Shown piece by piece: positions 1 to 14,359 of a stretch of DNA of 64,000 bases. Source of the stretch: Podarcis bocagei (Eukaryota); assembly GCA_964188305.1 (NCBI GenBank), contig OZ076894.1, one strand, 5' to 3'. Within the stretch, counting starts at the first letter, position 1; each line of letters opens with the position of its first letter. Below the pieces are notes generated by a model, which searched no databases, was not told where the DNA came from, and saw only the letters and a program-made list of their open reading frames with translations. The translations under genes were made by a program, and so were the position numbers.

Positions 1-219
1 TACCTCGGGTTAAGAACTTAATTCGTTCCGGAGGTCCGTTCTTAACCTCAGGTACCACTTTAGCTAATGGGGCCTCCCGCTGCCATTGCGCTGCCACCAT
101 GTGATTTCTGTTCTCATCCTGAAGTAAAGTTCTTAACCCGAGGTACTATTTCTGAGTTAGCGGAGTCTGTAACCTGAAGCATCTGTAACCTGAAGCATCT
201 GTAACCCGAGGTACCACTG
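1..219. mobile_element. Tc1/mariner (Tigger/pogo-like) MITE, family A, cut by window start; opposite orientation to the other copies
   Basis: Ends ...GTAACCCGAGGTACCACTG followed by TA. Reverse complement of the copies at 1121, 24081 and 33965. Confidence 0.85.
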
Positions 220-1120
220 TACCATTTTCTACATGGAGTCTAAATCCAATAGTCTTGCCTAGTGTTTTGTGTCGCCTAGAGAACGTGGTGAATCGGCACA
301 GAATAAATGCAATTTAAATAAATAAGCAAATGCATTCTTGGCAGCTTTCAAAAGCATCTCAAAAAGGCCTAAATTCACCTTAGAATTCTCTCTTCAAAAA
401 CCTAGTCTAAATATTATATCGCCGTAACAGATTGTTAGAGTACTGCATGAGACACGCTAGACAGCTCTATTACATTATTAATTGTCAAAGCTGACAAGAG
501 CAGCCCTGTCAGAAATACTAAAAAATCATATTACTGAACTAAAATAATTTGACACAAGGAACTAACATTATTTTTTCTTTAAAAAGGCGGCACAATCTAG
601 CACAACTTTGCATGTTTCATATCTGCAATGTATTTTGGAAAGTTGTTTCTCTGTTCACTCTGCATTTGGATACCTCTTAAGTTATTGTATCCAAACATTG
701 CACGACTGGGTCCTTTGATCTCTTATGCTTGGCGTCATTTCCTCCCATACTACCTCACAGGGTTGTTGTGGGGATTAAATGTACACCATGTATACCACCT
801 TGAGATTCTTGGAGAAGAGGTGGGCTATAAATGCAGTAAGTAAATAAATAATACAATATAATACAAGTGGATGCAGTTTTGCATCAGTGATTTTACCCAC
901 TGATTTTCAAAACTGCACTTCTTTTTGTTTCTTGGAATTCCTGAGCAAGGGTCAGCATGCAGCTGCTAGTTCTTTGCATTTTCATTTAAGTTAGATCTAA
1001 TGTTCCTGTGGTTGTTTCAGTCTCTAGGTCTGAAATGCTTAAATGCTTCCTTGTGTAAAAAAAAAATATTCTCTACAGCTTGGGAGATGGCTAGCCTAGA
1101 AGGGTTACCCTGACATACTA

Positions 1121-1355
1121 CAGTTGTACCTCGGGTTACAAACACCTCGGGTTACAAACACTTCGGGTTACAGACTCCTCTAATCTGGAAGTAGGGTTAA
1201 GAACTTTACCTCAGGATGAGAACAGAAATCGTGTGCCAGCGGCATGGCAGCAGCAAGAAGCCCCATTAGCTAAAGTGGTACCTCAGGTTAAGAATGGTTT
1301 CAGGTTAAGAACGGACCTCCAGAAAGAATTAAATTTGTAACCAGAGGTACAACTG
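1121..1355. mobile_element. Tc1/mariner-type MITE, family A
   Basis: TA-CAGTTGTACCTC...GAGGTACAACTG-TA: terminal inverted repeats (TIRs) with TA duplication. Internal sequence shared with the other copies. Confidence 0.9.
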
Positions 1356-4184
1356 TATTTTGGTTGTGTAGGACATATTGTATTCAGATTTCAATATCCC
1401 ATCAGCAGCTTGAATAGCTGCAGATCAGAAACAAATTTATCAGGTGTAGCTGCTGATCAGGTATAGCTGCTTAAACTTACAATGGCTCTGATCAAGCTAT
1501 AGTGGTACCAGGTGAACATGTTGCATGTGATTAGTAACATGCAAGAGTGACCAGTATGTGGCATATGCATCTCCACACCTCCAATGCGCAGCACAAATAG
1601 CCATGGGCATATCTGACTTAAATGTACAGAAAACCTGCTACACATAGACTAAGTAAAGAATATTTTCTGCAATGTTTCTGAATGAATTTGACAGGTAGCT
1701 AGTATAGCTTTTAACCTCCTAAAAGGTACATCTGATTCCATTTTTGGTCAGAGTAATTTATTTTTATCTAGAACATTTTATAATATGAGATAAGGAGTGT
1801 TTGGGGCTATGCTTTGGAAAGTTTAACTCTCTCTTGCTGCTATACAGGTTTGATTCCCCCCCAGCACAATTCTATGCATGTCTACTCAGGCACAAGTCCC
1901 ACTGAACAATCCTATACACCTCTATTCAGAAGTAAGAAGTAATTCTCATTAAGACTGGGTTCAGATAAGTAAGTATAGGAGTGAAGTATCACTATGATAA
2001 ATTTAAATGGCATTAAGGAAACATACAATGGTATATATTCTTAAAAGGAAGTGGCCATTCATTCATCCAAATCCATGAATTTAAGTGCATTCCATATATT
2101 GCATTTAAAGATTACTTGTTCTGTGCTAAATCTATTTCAGGAAATAGACGTTAACCTAAACTTGTTTTCCTCTCTCTCTCTCGCAATTATATATATGCTA
2201 ATGAAAATACCCAGTTACCAAGGTTAACAAATTATTGCCTCATTAAATCTTCTGGGACAATTCATTCGGTCAAGAAGGCCAAGAAAGAGATTAATGATTT
2301 TACCTTTGATGCAAACAGGCTATAACGGAAAACAAAACAGAATATTTCCTTCCCTTAGTAACATATTTAAGTTTGGTAAAAAGAAAGCAAAAGAGAAATC
2401 CACATCTCCCCACCACACACTTGAACAGCAGATCTTCATGTTGTATCACAAACTCTGCCACTATCCGTTTCAAAATCATTTATGAGAAGCTGTTGTTTAA
2501 GAAATAAAAGCCCAGAACTGTTTTGGGTGTGTGCAATTATTTGTGTACTTCTTTCGATCCTGGTTTTATCCTGTATCTTTTCAGGGTCGGTTAGCATCAG
2601 GATGTATCACTTTTTGTTTGTTTAGATGTGACTAGTTTTTACTGAAAGCATTAGAGATAGTTAAAGCCAATTAAATTTGGATTTCCCACCCATCACCATT
2701 CAAGGAATCTGCATAATTAGCAACAAAACAAAACCCTTCTGCATCTCACACATCAGGAGGCTTGAGACGTTGCACTTTTGCTACCATTTCATGTGCCAAC
2801 TTCTATAATACTGATGTGCTAATAGCACACTTTCAGTGCGATGTGTATTTAAAAAATCTTACATGCTAAAACACAAAACCCACAAACTCATTAAAACAAG
2901 CAAAGCTTTACATTCATTTATATTTGAATGTCAAGCAAAGTTGGTTGCATTTTTTAAAAAGGCTTTCCTACAATACAATAGCTGTGCCGTTAACTGACGT
3001 ATCATCAGGTAATAAATGCACTACATGCAACACTTTAAGAAATGGGTTATAAAGTATATGCACCATATCCTATAGACCAGGGGTTGTCATCCTGGTCCCT
3101 ACCACCCACTAGTAGTGGGCATTTCAGGATTCTAGGTGGGCGGTAGGGGGTTCTACATCACAAGCTGAATTCTCCTTCCATCGAGCGCTGGTAAGGAAAT
3201 TTTACCATCAAGCAATATGCATTTGTGGACTGTACAATTTGTAAACATAAAAGCGGCTACCTTTTACATGTTGATCATTATGAGGTAGGGAAACAGGGAA
3301 ACTCACAAATGACCATGGAATAACATATTAGCAAAGACTAAATCCCAAATTGTGTCCAGCATATTGATTCTGCATCAGGGCAATTTTGTGTAGAATGAAA
3401 TTTTAATCAAATGAAGATAAGAAGATACACACTGCTTTTTTCCCTATATGCATACATTGTTCTCTCAATCATATTAAGTTTTTTTATGTGCGACTCTAGT
3501 CGGTTTTACAAATGCTACTGAGTTTCTCTATGTGATGACATACAACTGCATGGTGAAAAGTCAGTGTGAACGCGACTGCCTACACAGTGACCTGGTAGTC
3601 ATTTTCATGATTGCACTTCTGGTCAAGGAAGAGAGATATCTGCCAGCTTGCCATGTGTATGGCATGCATGATTTACACTGACTTCAGATGTGATTACACA
3701 GAAAAACTGAATAGTGTGAACTGGCTCATGCAGTGAGGAGTCAGCATTTGGAAATAATTGATATAAGAAAAGTGCAGTATTTGATAGTGACAGCTGACAA
3801 TATAGCAAGAATCAACATTTGTTGGCATCTGACAGCTGCCATCTGACATTAAGTGAGGACATTTTTCCCCTGTGCCAGTTTTATTCATTAAACCAATGAG
3901 TATCTGTCTTTCAAAATAAGATCTTGAAATAAGAATCTGAATGTCAAATCTCAAGGTCAAATTTCATTTTCAAAATCAGAAATCGAAGCTTCATCCAAGT
4001 TTCATTTCCTCCCACAATTCAGTTTTTCATGTATACTGGATTAATATATTCAAAGCATGCTGAACATAGTGAGTGGACATGCCCCTAAGCCTGTGTTTCG
4101 GGGCGCCTGTTTAACAGGTAAGTTAATGTTTCTGGCCTGTTAGTAGTCTCAGCTGAAGAAACATACACAGAGACTCCAATTCAG

Positions 4185-4185
<1 letters not shown>

Positions 4186-4221
<36 letters not shown>
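4186..4221. repeat. (GT)n microsatellite
   Basis: Seen directly. Confidence 0.95.
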
Positions 4222-4224
<3 letters not shown>

Positions 4225-4465
4225 TGCAGTCAAATAAAATGCTTGCTATTGTGCTGGTTGGCTATTTGGTACGGAAGGCTAAGTCAGTCCCTGCTCCTTC
4301 TCCCAAACAACAGATGGAGGCCAAACTCTATAGAGGTAGACAGAGGAATAGCACCCATTTGCACCCATGATTTGCCATTTAGCTAGCAATATGCAGTTAG
4401 CTTGGCTTCTATGCACATATGACATCTAACTAGGCTTGGGCAAGAGATTTTACACCCTGGGACAC

Positions 4466-4652
4466 AGGAGCCAACTACTAGGGGCCAAGGTCCCTTTAGC
4501 TCCCCTCCAAGAAATGTTTGAGGGGGTCGTGCCTCCCCAGAGTTCATGAACATTGCCATTCAAATGCCGTGTGTGTGTCATGTCACATGATCAAATATGT
4601 CGGGCGAGGCTTGCCTGGGCCACTCCAATATTTTATACAAGTTGGCACCCCC
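4466..4652. mobile_element. Old non-autonomous DNA-transposon-like repeat (CAGGAGCCAACT...AGTTGGCACCCC)
   Basis: Imperfect inverted ends. Shares CATTGCCATTCAAATG and AATATTTT motifs with the inverted, split copy at 60115-61130 and the ends of 6720-7560. Confidence 0.5.
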
Positions 4653-5543
4653 GCTGGGATAATATACAACGTTGGAGGAAATGAAGAGCAAAATGAAAAC
4701 TGCCCAAAGAATTATCAAATGGAGAGAGAAGGGAAGTTTATTGTCAGTAGCCAATTTACGAGCACTAAACCATGACTTTAGATAAATGATAAGATGCATT
4801 TGACTGAAACCAAATCAATACACCAGCAGGCGAAACAAATAATTGGATGTGCCAGTAAAATCATCCCAGGAAGCATCTAAGTTAACTATGGAACTTGTTA
4901 ACCATGTTTCAATATCATGGACCCACTGGCTCTCTGTCTCCCAATCTCATCCTCATTAACTACCATTCCCTTCTTTTACCTTTTCTGGAACTGTCATCTC
5001 TTCTCTTAGAAAGCAGTCATCTGCTGTGGTCTCCCCCACCCCATGATCTTCCACTAACTTTCACCTACTTGGTTGTATTGAAACCTACCCCCTCCTGACT
5101 GGCCTTGCACTGCTGTCCTCTCCTTTGAATGTTTTTCCACATTTCACCTTGAAGACTGCAGTGGTTGGGCCTTCTCCTTCACAAATTCTGGCAGTTTTGG
5201 GCCCTGTTCAATAACCCTATCCTACCATTTCTCAACTTCTCAAGAAGAAAAGGCAGAGCTAGTCTAAGGCCAGTCCAATACGTTTAGCTGCACAAGGCAA
5301 AGAAGAAGAGGGTATTTCTTCCGTAACATGTACAAAAACAGCCAGACTATTTCAATTCTGGTGATGGGATAGAGTTCTCCACCTACAGGTGGCAGCAGAC
5401 TAGTTTAGGAGAAACAAGGCAGGCTATGTGGCTCAAACAGCCCTGTCCACTCTCTGTCCCTCAGCACCTGCTGCCTGGAGCAGCTGCCTCCCTTTACCCA
5501 ATGCTTGGGCTGGAGATTGTTGGAATAAATATTATTAGAACAA

Positions 5544-5845
5544 TTTTTTTTTTTGCAAGTGAATTTTTATTGTTTTCCTTACATATTCTTTTCCAACAAA
5601 TTGTAATAGCACCATACATTTCCTTTGACTCTGCCAAGTCACGACCCCCCTCCCTCCCCACAACTGGTATATTTATCCTCTTTCCATCACACATATCATT
5701 CTCAAGTTACTACTATTATACATTGGAGGTATTATGTCAATCCTGCTAGTGTCTTGACCTCTTTACAATTCTTCTTTAAGTATTCAATAAATTTACTCCA
5801 GTTATTTTGGTATCTTTGATCTCCCTGGTCCCGGATCCTCCCTGA
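5544..5845 (-). mobile_element. L1-like LINE 3' end (ORF2 C-terminus, 3'UTR, poly-A)
   Basis: On + strand a T-tract then TTTATT (poly-A and AATAAA on -). Minus strand reads GRIRDQGDQRYQNNWSKFIEYLKKNCK, resembling the W..F..YL end of L1 ORF2. Confidence 0.65.
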
Positions 5846-8800
5846 CAATATTTTTCACTTATATTTTTCATTTTGAAGAAGCAATCAGCAGGTTCATTTG
5901 ATTCATTTTCTCCTTATCATGCATCTGTTCTTCACAGATGCCTCTGAACAGATTTTGTCAACAAAATATTTTGGTTTCAGAAGTTAAATAACAGTGCGAC
6001 AGAATCATCCCCCTATTATGACAGCACCATTAGCAACATGTAAGGCGTTTGAAGTTCTGAAGCTCTCAGGTTCTGGTTTAAAAGCAAGCAAACAAAAGCA
6101 TTTCTCAATTGCTATAATCCAAATAGCTTGCAATTCTACAAAGCATAGACCCCTGAAATAATTGGGGCTATATACAAGTGTTAATTAGGATAGTGATCTC
6201 ATATAAATGATTTTGGTATGTTCACACAAGCATAGAAAAAGGTTAAGAGCAACAAAACTCCTTGTTATTCTCCAAGCAACAGAACTGCAAGAAACAAACC
6301 ACAGTGCTCATCTCCAAACTAGTAATTTGTTCTGTGTGCCGTGGAAGAACTCTGGTGCACCTGAAAGACTGAAAGCCTGTTCTAAGAATTAGAACTCCCT
6401 TTCTTGCTTCCCAGCCTTCAGGTCAGGCATTTGCAATACTCCATACACTTGCAGGCTATAGTTGCTATATAATTTTCTCTTTATGAAGGAACAGGTTTGA
6501 TGAATTTGAAGATGAAAATGGTTATCTGGGCAAAAGTGATACAAAGAGTATCCATGTCGCTCCCTGTTTTGTTTTTTACATTGTTAGCTTGATAGTCAGC
6601 AAACTCAGAAAAATGAAGTCTTAAAAGAATCACTATGATCCTCTGATACAGGCTTTACAGAAGGCACCGTTCTCACAATTCAACCCACATTTACTGAGAA
6701 GCCAACCTACTCTCAGGACCATAGGCGCCAACTCTGTGGCTCCCTGGTCTCTTTGCCCCCCCCAATAAAATATTTAGGGGGCCACGCCCATTATCTTCTG
6801 CAAGCTGACCCTTCTCTCCCTTCCTCCCTTGGGCAGACACCTCTCCACCAGCTGTGCATCACTCTCTTTTTCCTAGCTTACTGTAATGGTTCTAGGGGTT
6901 GCTCGTGTGTAAGCCTGTGCCAACACCTGGCTGGGTTGCCTGAGTGAACCTTTCCTGTCCGGACAGCCACTCACCCGTGGCTGTCTCAATTGCTGGCAGA
7001 ATCCGTCAGTGGGCATTTCTTAAACTTCTTCCAGCAAAGAAGTTCTTTGACGCCCAGTCTCCTCCTACTCTCCCTGCGTGGAAGCCTTCTGCGCAAGGAG
7101 GGCGTAGGCAGCGGAGGACCCTTCCTCTCCCCACTGGTCCCCGGCAAGGAGTCATGTGACCGCCTCTCTGATTCCCCCATCTGCCCCCCTTCTCCACTGG
7201 AGCTAAGCTGATTCCCTTCCCCAGAAGATGGGCTGCCTCTCCCGATCCCAGGACGCTCTCTGGGATCCCTCTGGCGCTTGCTCTCTCTCTCCGGCACTGA
7301 TGGCAGTTCCCTGACACTTACCTTCCAGATTTTGGCACCATTTCTGAATAGTGTGTCTGAACTGGGGCAGCTGGGGATAAGCAGACAGGTAGGCAGGCTG
7401 GTAGGAGAGGTGACCAGGTGAGCGGAAGAGGGGTAAGGGAGGCCTATGCCCAGTTGAACATGGAGGAGGAAGGTGCACTCCACATAAATGTGGGGGCATG
7501 GGTGGGGAAAGAAGTGCGGGCGTAGGGTGCCTCCCATCCAATATTTTGTTCAAGCTGGTTCAAGTTTTGTTCAGGACCATACTTGGAACCAGAAATTTTG
7601 GGTATATTCTGCAACTTGGGGACCCCAGCAATTGGTAATCAGTGCTGAGTTTTGAATTGAACATTGACGGTTGTCAATAGGGAGAAGGTATGTTTCTCTT
7701 TGACTAGCACTAGTACTTCTATCACAATAAGCCATGCACTAGGCGTGCTGGAAAATATAGTTTGTTTCAGTGCTTATCTTGAAGCTGAAGGCTGGGGAGT
7801 GGCTTGTGGGTGACTATGTAATCGGAAAGGGAGCTTACAGGTACATTTGACTCAGCCCAAGGAAACCAGAGGCAGGGATGAGGGGTGTCGCTCATCGCTA
7901 GGATTTAAAAAGAAGTTTGCCCCAGTGTGTCAAAAGGTGCTTAGTTAAGCCACACTAGCACTCTCGTAATTTCTTTTCAGTTCTTTATTTTAGTCACTTG
8001 GGAGACGTCTGCAAGCATTCTTAAAAGATTCATAGCAGAGATGAGATTGAAGCAGACTTGTGCTTGGAAACTGCATTAATTTTCTTCACAATACATTTAT
8101 TACATTCTGCTTCCTTGATCAGAATCAGTTGCCACCCTACCCTCAGCTGCCCTCAGACTTTGTCTCTCTCTCTTTCTTTTAAGAAATGGTTCTGGGGGCA
8201 GGAGCAGGGCTGGCCCACTCATTAGCCTTGGTGAGGCAGTTGCCTCAGGCAGCAGGCTGGGTACAACTGGGAGGGGCGGCAGATCCGGGACCCTGAGGAA
8301 AATGCTGTTTGCCTCCTCTTGCACTTGTCAGCCACTGTCACTGCCTGCTCTTCTCCAACCACTTTTTTTCTCCCCCATCGCCTTCAGAGCACTGGACTGA
8401 AGAGGTTTAAAAAGTCACTTGTATAGGTTCCTGCACTTCAGACTTTCTCCAGTGTCAGCACTTTACCAGATCTTTCTGCTGATAATGCAATTGTTGTTTC
8501 CCCCCTTAGAAATCAATACATGAGACATTTTCAGAAGATCTTCTCTTATCAGATCTATAGATTGCTCCAGAAATCATTTGCTCCATAGCTTATACAATTT
8601 TTTTTCTAGATACCACATGCTCTCAAATAAAGGACAGCAAAGTCAAAACTGAAACAAAGATACAAATAAACAAATAAACAAATAAACAAAAAAACAAAAC
8701 CCCACCAAAGCAAAATTCAACTAATGCATCATTTTGACACATTTGTTGTTTGGCCAATGGTGCACATTCTGCTATTCTGATAATAAATGTATACTGTATT

Positions 8801-10350
8801 GCAGGTTTAATGAATGCTCCAGGCTACTGCAATTGTTAATATACTTCTGTGGAACATTCCTGTGCCAAGGCAGCATCACAGAGTTGTCTATTTAAAGTAG
8901 CTGAGAAGAAATTTGAATGGGGAAAAAATTAAATTCGAGTGCAGCCGTCTCAATGAAGCTTTTGCAGAGCATCAATAGAGAGCTGCAGGGAACGTGGCAA
9001 GTGAAGAGTGGCAACTGCTGGGTCAGTCAATTAAAGTGGCGGCACTGATAGGGACTTCTTTTAGATGTCAAACTCGGTATAATGATATATGGGAAACACT
9101 TGATTCCTTCTTAGTTGCTCTAGCTGCAGAATTGAGAAGCAGCCCTTGATTAAAAGACTTAATTCAAGGCGTGACAGAAGCTTTGCTAAGTATTGTATTC
9201 TCTGACTCAGAGAAGGCTGAAATTCCTCATGAAAACAGTCTAGCAAGGTCACTTGTTATATAGGGAGCTGTCTCAGCACCACACCTTTCTTCACTGCCCA
9301 GGTCGCGTGAGAAGCCCTAGGTCAGGGCAGGGAAACATACTTTTCTGCACAAATCTCTGGGTGCCACAGGCCAGTTTTGCATGGGGACAGAGGCAAAAGT
9401 GAGAGAAGCAATGACTGCAAACTCTACCTTTGTACAGTAGTCTAATTTCCACACACACCCTCCTCTCTGTCCTCCATCCAGGTGAGCAAATGGCATTGCC
9501 AGACTTCAAGGGCACAGGTAAAAATGGTCAAGGAGGATGCAAAGCAGGGCTGGGGAGGGTGTGGCCAGGGGAGAGTCATTAGGGTCAGAGAGAGAGGCCT
9601 GCAGGGCTGCATTTGATCTCTGGGCCTGAGGGTCCTTATTCCTGCTCTAGACAGTTTAGGAGGAGACAGTACTGACAAACCTTGGGAAACTAGGTTCACA
9701 GTCATATTTTGAATATTTTAATGCCTGTTTTAACTGGTTTTTAATCAACCATTTTAATGTTTTGTTTACATTGTTGAAAATTACTTAGCAGTGTTTTGTT
9801 TTTACAGTTAGGAAGTATACAATTTTTATTAAGTACATAATATTGTTTATATTGTATGTGTGAATTAATTGCATTGTAACCACACTGAGACCTGCGGGTA
9901 TAGGGCAGTATACAAATAATAATAATAAGTTGCTTTAGCATGCGGTGACTCATAAATTTAATGATGGGGATGAACATTGCTGCAGATTCCATTCTGCTGG
10001 AGCAACACAACTACTAGGCCTCTGCAGAACATCTGTATAGCAATGCATAAAGGTAGACTAAAGAGCATTTTGATTCTAAGTTGTCTCCCCCCCCCCCGCC
10101 CAAAGCACACACATTATATTTACAAGTGGAAATTACAAATGAATTAAAGCAACATATTCACCTTAAGAAGAAACAGAAAAATAAATTAAATAATCAACAT
10201 AGATAGGTAGACAGGGATAAAAAGTATGTTGTTCACCAGTATGTAGCTGTATACAGATTATAGTTTTTCAAACTTGGGAGGCGGCAGGATGAAACAATTT
10301 CTATTTGTGGCACACAAGTTCCTTCCGCCTCCGCCTGTATTGCTCTAGGC

Positions 10351-10486
10351 CAGTGATGGCCAGACTTGGCCCTCCAGCTGTTTTGGGACTACAGTTCCCA
10401 TCATCCCTGACCACTGGTCCTGTTAGCTAGAGATGATGGGAGTTGTAGTCCCAAAACAGCTGGTGGGCTAAGTTTGGCCATCACTG
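10351..10486. mobile_element. hAT (Charlie-like) palindromic MITE
   Basis: TIRs CAGTGATGGCC/GGCCATCACTG. Perfect 8-bp TSD CTCTAGGC (10343-10350, 10487-10494). Almost the whole element is a foldback. Confidence 0.92.
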
Positions 10487-12068
10487 CTCTAGGCAGTCCT
10501 TGGCAATTTGGATATACCACACACGATAACTTACTACACCATTGACTTACAAACAGGTATGCTGAACAGAGAGCAGGAGACAGCAGCACGTCTCGCCCTC
10601 CAACCTCCATATGTCCAACCAAAACATGTAACTGTGTACATAGCCTGCACGCATTTTTCTTGTAATATGGCTCTCTCCATGTGACTGGGGACCTTGCCCC
10701 AGCTCATCCTAGAGGAGGGTAGAGGGCATGCCCATTCCTCTCTCTTGCAGATCAACCAACCATTACCAGCGTTTTCCTTTTCCTCTGGTGCTGTTTCTCC
10801 TAAATGTACTCCCTTGAAAAGTCTTTTTGTCCTGTCCTTCTCCTCCCTCCCTCCCTCCCTGTCCTCTGCTGCTTACAAGGGGAAAGTGGACACTCCTGCT
10901 CATCCTGATTTCCAACCCCTGTCCTCATCTAGTCCACTTGGGCTGAGTTCCAGCCAGCTGGCAGTGGGCCACACTGTCTCAGTCACTATCTCCTCCCCCG
11001 TCACATTGCTCTTTTAATTTCCCATAAAGCTCCCAAGTGACACTATGCAAGGGTAACTGTGGCAGAAAAGATTGGCTAGATCCAGCATCTGGCATCGCCT
11101 GAAGTACCAGGACGGGTGGGGGGTGGGGGGGCAGGAATGGAGGGCCAGGACCTGGAGCCTGATACTAGGCACTGGTGCCAGGTCTGGCAGGCCTTCTTGT
11201 TGTCATCCCTTTAAAGGAATTGATTTTCTGATCTGGACTATAGTGTGACAAAATCATACTTAAAGCACATTTTGAATCTTCCCCCTTTTTTTCAAAATGA
11301 AACTGGTAAGAATCACAGGAAATGTCTTTGTGTGTGGCTTCTTGTCGTCTTTTGAATCAAAGGCAAAAAAGGACCACAATAATTCTTTCATACAACTTAT
11401 TAGCAAGCTTGATTCTCATCTCTGTCTTTTTTAGGCCACTTCATGGGAAGAATGTTTAGAGCTGGATCCTAGTCTGTCTTGGTGCATTCTTCAAATTATG
11501 TTTTCAAACTAACCATGGCAACTCCTGATTATATGTCATAGCTCTTTTATGAAACTCAACATTTATGCTAAAAAGCAACTGCTTCGGATTCATACCCAAA
11601 TAATTTGTGTGCCTTGCCCTTTGCTTCCTAACCTCAGGGATTTTAACCTTTTAAATGGTTTTAACGTTTGCTTGCCTGCTGTCTCCACGGACTATATGGA
11701 CATCTACAATACACAATGAAATTACCTCCTCTCCCAATCTGTATTCTTGCATCCATGTGACATTAACAATCTCTGCAGTAATAAGACTACATAAAAAAGG
11801 TCAGAAATTGCCATTGGCAAAGAAGAAGCTCAGCTTGATTACTTATAACATACAATGCTAAGCAGCTCGTATAACTACTCCTATGATTAATGACTTATTG
11901 ATTACCAATATGAAATCTTACTGCATTTGAGGAGGGAGAATCCATCTTATTTTTCATAAAACAAAAAAGTCATTTAAGTTATCTTACTGTATGATTCCCT
12001 TTTCTCATCACTTAGCCTCTCTCTTATAATCAGTTCATTCATTTATTTCTTTTAAAAAGTTCCACATA

Positions 12069-12326
12069 CAGTGGAACTTGGTTTCTGAATGTCTCCGTTA
12101 ACAAACATTTCGGTTTTTGAACGCTGTGAACCCGGAAGTAAATGCTTCGGTTTTCGAACATGCCTCGGAAGTCGAACATGTCACGTGGCTGCCACTGAGT
12201 GCAAGATCCTGAGGCCTAGCTATCAGCTATTGAGTTTTTGGTTTTTGAAAGTTTCAGAACTCGAAAGGTCTTAGAACTCGAACAGTCTTCTGGAACGGAT
12301 TATGTTCAAAAACCAAGGCACCACTG
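12069..12326. mobile_element. Tc1/mariner-type MITE
   Basis: TA-CAGTGGAACTTGGTTT...AAACCAAGGCACCACTG-TA. Confidence 0.85.
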
Positions 12327-13552
12327 TAACAGCCTTCACCTCCTCCTCAGCTGCCTCACTCTCACTTAAACTTTTGCTTGCTTAGCCCCCAACCTGACTA
12401 CCCCCACTTCTTCCTCTGACCTGTCTTTTGTATGCTACCATCATTCTCCTTTCTTGGAACCTTCCCACTCTGATGCTTCTCGGAGGGACTCCCTAGCTGT
12501 AGCCTCCCACTCTTCCTCCTCGTCTAGCCAGTCCTTGACACCTAGTCACCAGTTGTGGGTGGCAGGGCAGGGCAGTTTTGTTGATCTGGCCTTCCAATGC
12601 TGCATGTTGCTATCAGCTGCGGTACCAAGAGGGAGGGCCCTAGCGGCAGAGAGCTCAGCGTGGGCACAGTGTCAGAGCCAATCCAATGCTCTCTCCATGA
12701 TGCCTGCACTGTACTGAGTTAGTCACCCACAGCTTTCCCCCTTCTCTTCCGCCTCTCAGTAACCAACAGTGATGGACAGCATAAAAAAGACCTGCCTCCC
12801 ACTGCCAGCTGCTACTGCTACTTCTCCCAAATAGCCCAGCCTCCACTGCTTCATTGGAATCTTTGCAGAAATTCGGGAAAGCTGACTCAGGGGGGTTACA
12901 GCAGAAGCAGTGTCAAATGCAGACATTATTTTTAAAAGTGAGTCAGGCTGAACAAATTAAGATGGGAAGATCGGGGGAGTGACAAGGTGAGGCCAAGGGG
13001 GATGATACCATAAGAGATGGGAATGGAAAAAGAGACAGAGTGCAATGAAGACAGGGTGAGAATGAAGGAGTCCAAGGCCAGAATGACTCATTGCTAAGTA
13101 ACAGCCTGACAGCCTACTCGAAGTGTCCCTGGAAGTTCATCTGTGGAGAGGTGAACTTATCAGACGTTTAATCAAAGAATGAAAAAAAATAGTGACTTAT
13201 GAAGGAAGGTTAGTTCTAGTGTTATACTGGCAGCATGTTAAAACACCTGTGCACAGATAGATGAGAACTTATTTCAGCCTTGGGCAAATGATGGGAAAAC
13301 AGTACTATACCATAGCTTTCACAGATATGGTATGTGAAAAGACTGTATAAGAAAGGCTTATGTTCCTTTATCTATTTTTTAAAATGTTTTTCCAAACCCA
13401 GATTACAGGTTAATTTAGGATGACTAGGGCTATTTTTAGGCATCAAATGTGCTTATCATATCAAGGCCTAAAGCTTCTTTTCTATCAGCATTTATTCATC
13501 TTTAGCACAATAATGTATTATTATATATAGTAATCTAATATTTATTCTGCCC

Positions 13553-14040
13553 TTCAGCAAAGCTTTGAGATTGGTTTACAAAACCAAGATACAAAATCTG
13601 AAATAAAGTACAGCAAATTATAGTATGTTAAAAAAGCTTGGAGAATAATGAAAAAAAAGCTTTTGCCTGATGCCAAAGGGACAACAATGTTCATATCACT
13701 TAAGCGTTTCTTGTCAGAAAAGTTCACATATAGAGTCTCATCACTGAGAATGCTCCTTCTTTGCTTCCAATCACCCCACCTTGGGGCACCTGGATGAAAG
13801 CTTCTGAAGATGACCTCAATACACAGACACATTGGTATAGGAACAGGTCTTCTTTCAGGGACTAAGCTATGTACAGCTCTGAAGGTAAGCACCCATACAT
13901 TGAGTTGCACCTAGGAATGCATCAGAAGGCAGCATGGTTCTTTCAGTACCAGCAAAATATGTTTTTACCAGCCTTGTATGTCCCCACCAACCTAGCTGTC
14001 GTTTTCAAAGGCAGCAAAATGCAGTAGTCAGTCCTAGATG
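13553..14040 (-). mobile_element. Old, degraded L2-like LINE 3' fragment
   Basis: TTTATTCTGCCCTT tail motif and remnants resembling the younger L2 copies in this window. Heavily mutated. Confidence 0.4.
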
Positions 14041-14118
14041 CTGTTCACAGAAGAGCTCCTGCCTTCCTCTGGAGGAAATGTGGCCCCAGAAAAGCCTTAC
14101 TTGACTTCTAATGCTATA

Positions 14119-14359
14119 CAGTCAAACCTCGGTTGTCGAACATAATCCGTTCCAGAAGCCTGTTTTGCTTCTGAAACATTCGACAACCGAGGCACAGCTT
14201 CTGATTGTTTGCAAGAGCTTCCTGCACTCAAGTGGAAGCCACGTCGGACATTCGACTTCCCAAAAACATTCAAAAACTGGAGCATTTACTTCCAGGTTTT
14301 TGGTGTTCGGGAGCCAAAACATTTGAATAAAGAGCCATTCAGGAGCTGGGGTTTGACTG
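14119..14359. mobile_element. Tc1/mariner-type MITE
   Basis: TA-CAGTCAAACC...GGTTTGACTG-TA. Confidence 0.85.

Noticed and set aside
5938-6039. Possible host exon (CAG|ATGCCT...CAACAT|GTAAGG)
   Set aside because: Splice-like ends, but the peptide is not recognisable and no partner exons were found. Cannot be supported without RNA-seq or conservation data.
6986-7553. Overlapping 100-180 aa ORFs
   Set aside because: GC-rich interior of a probable old repeat, with low-complexity translations in several frames.
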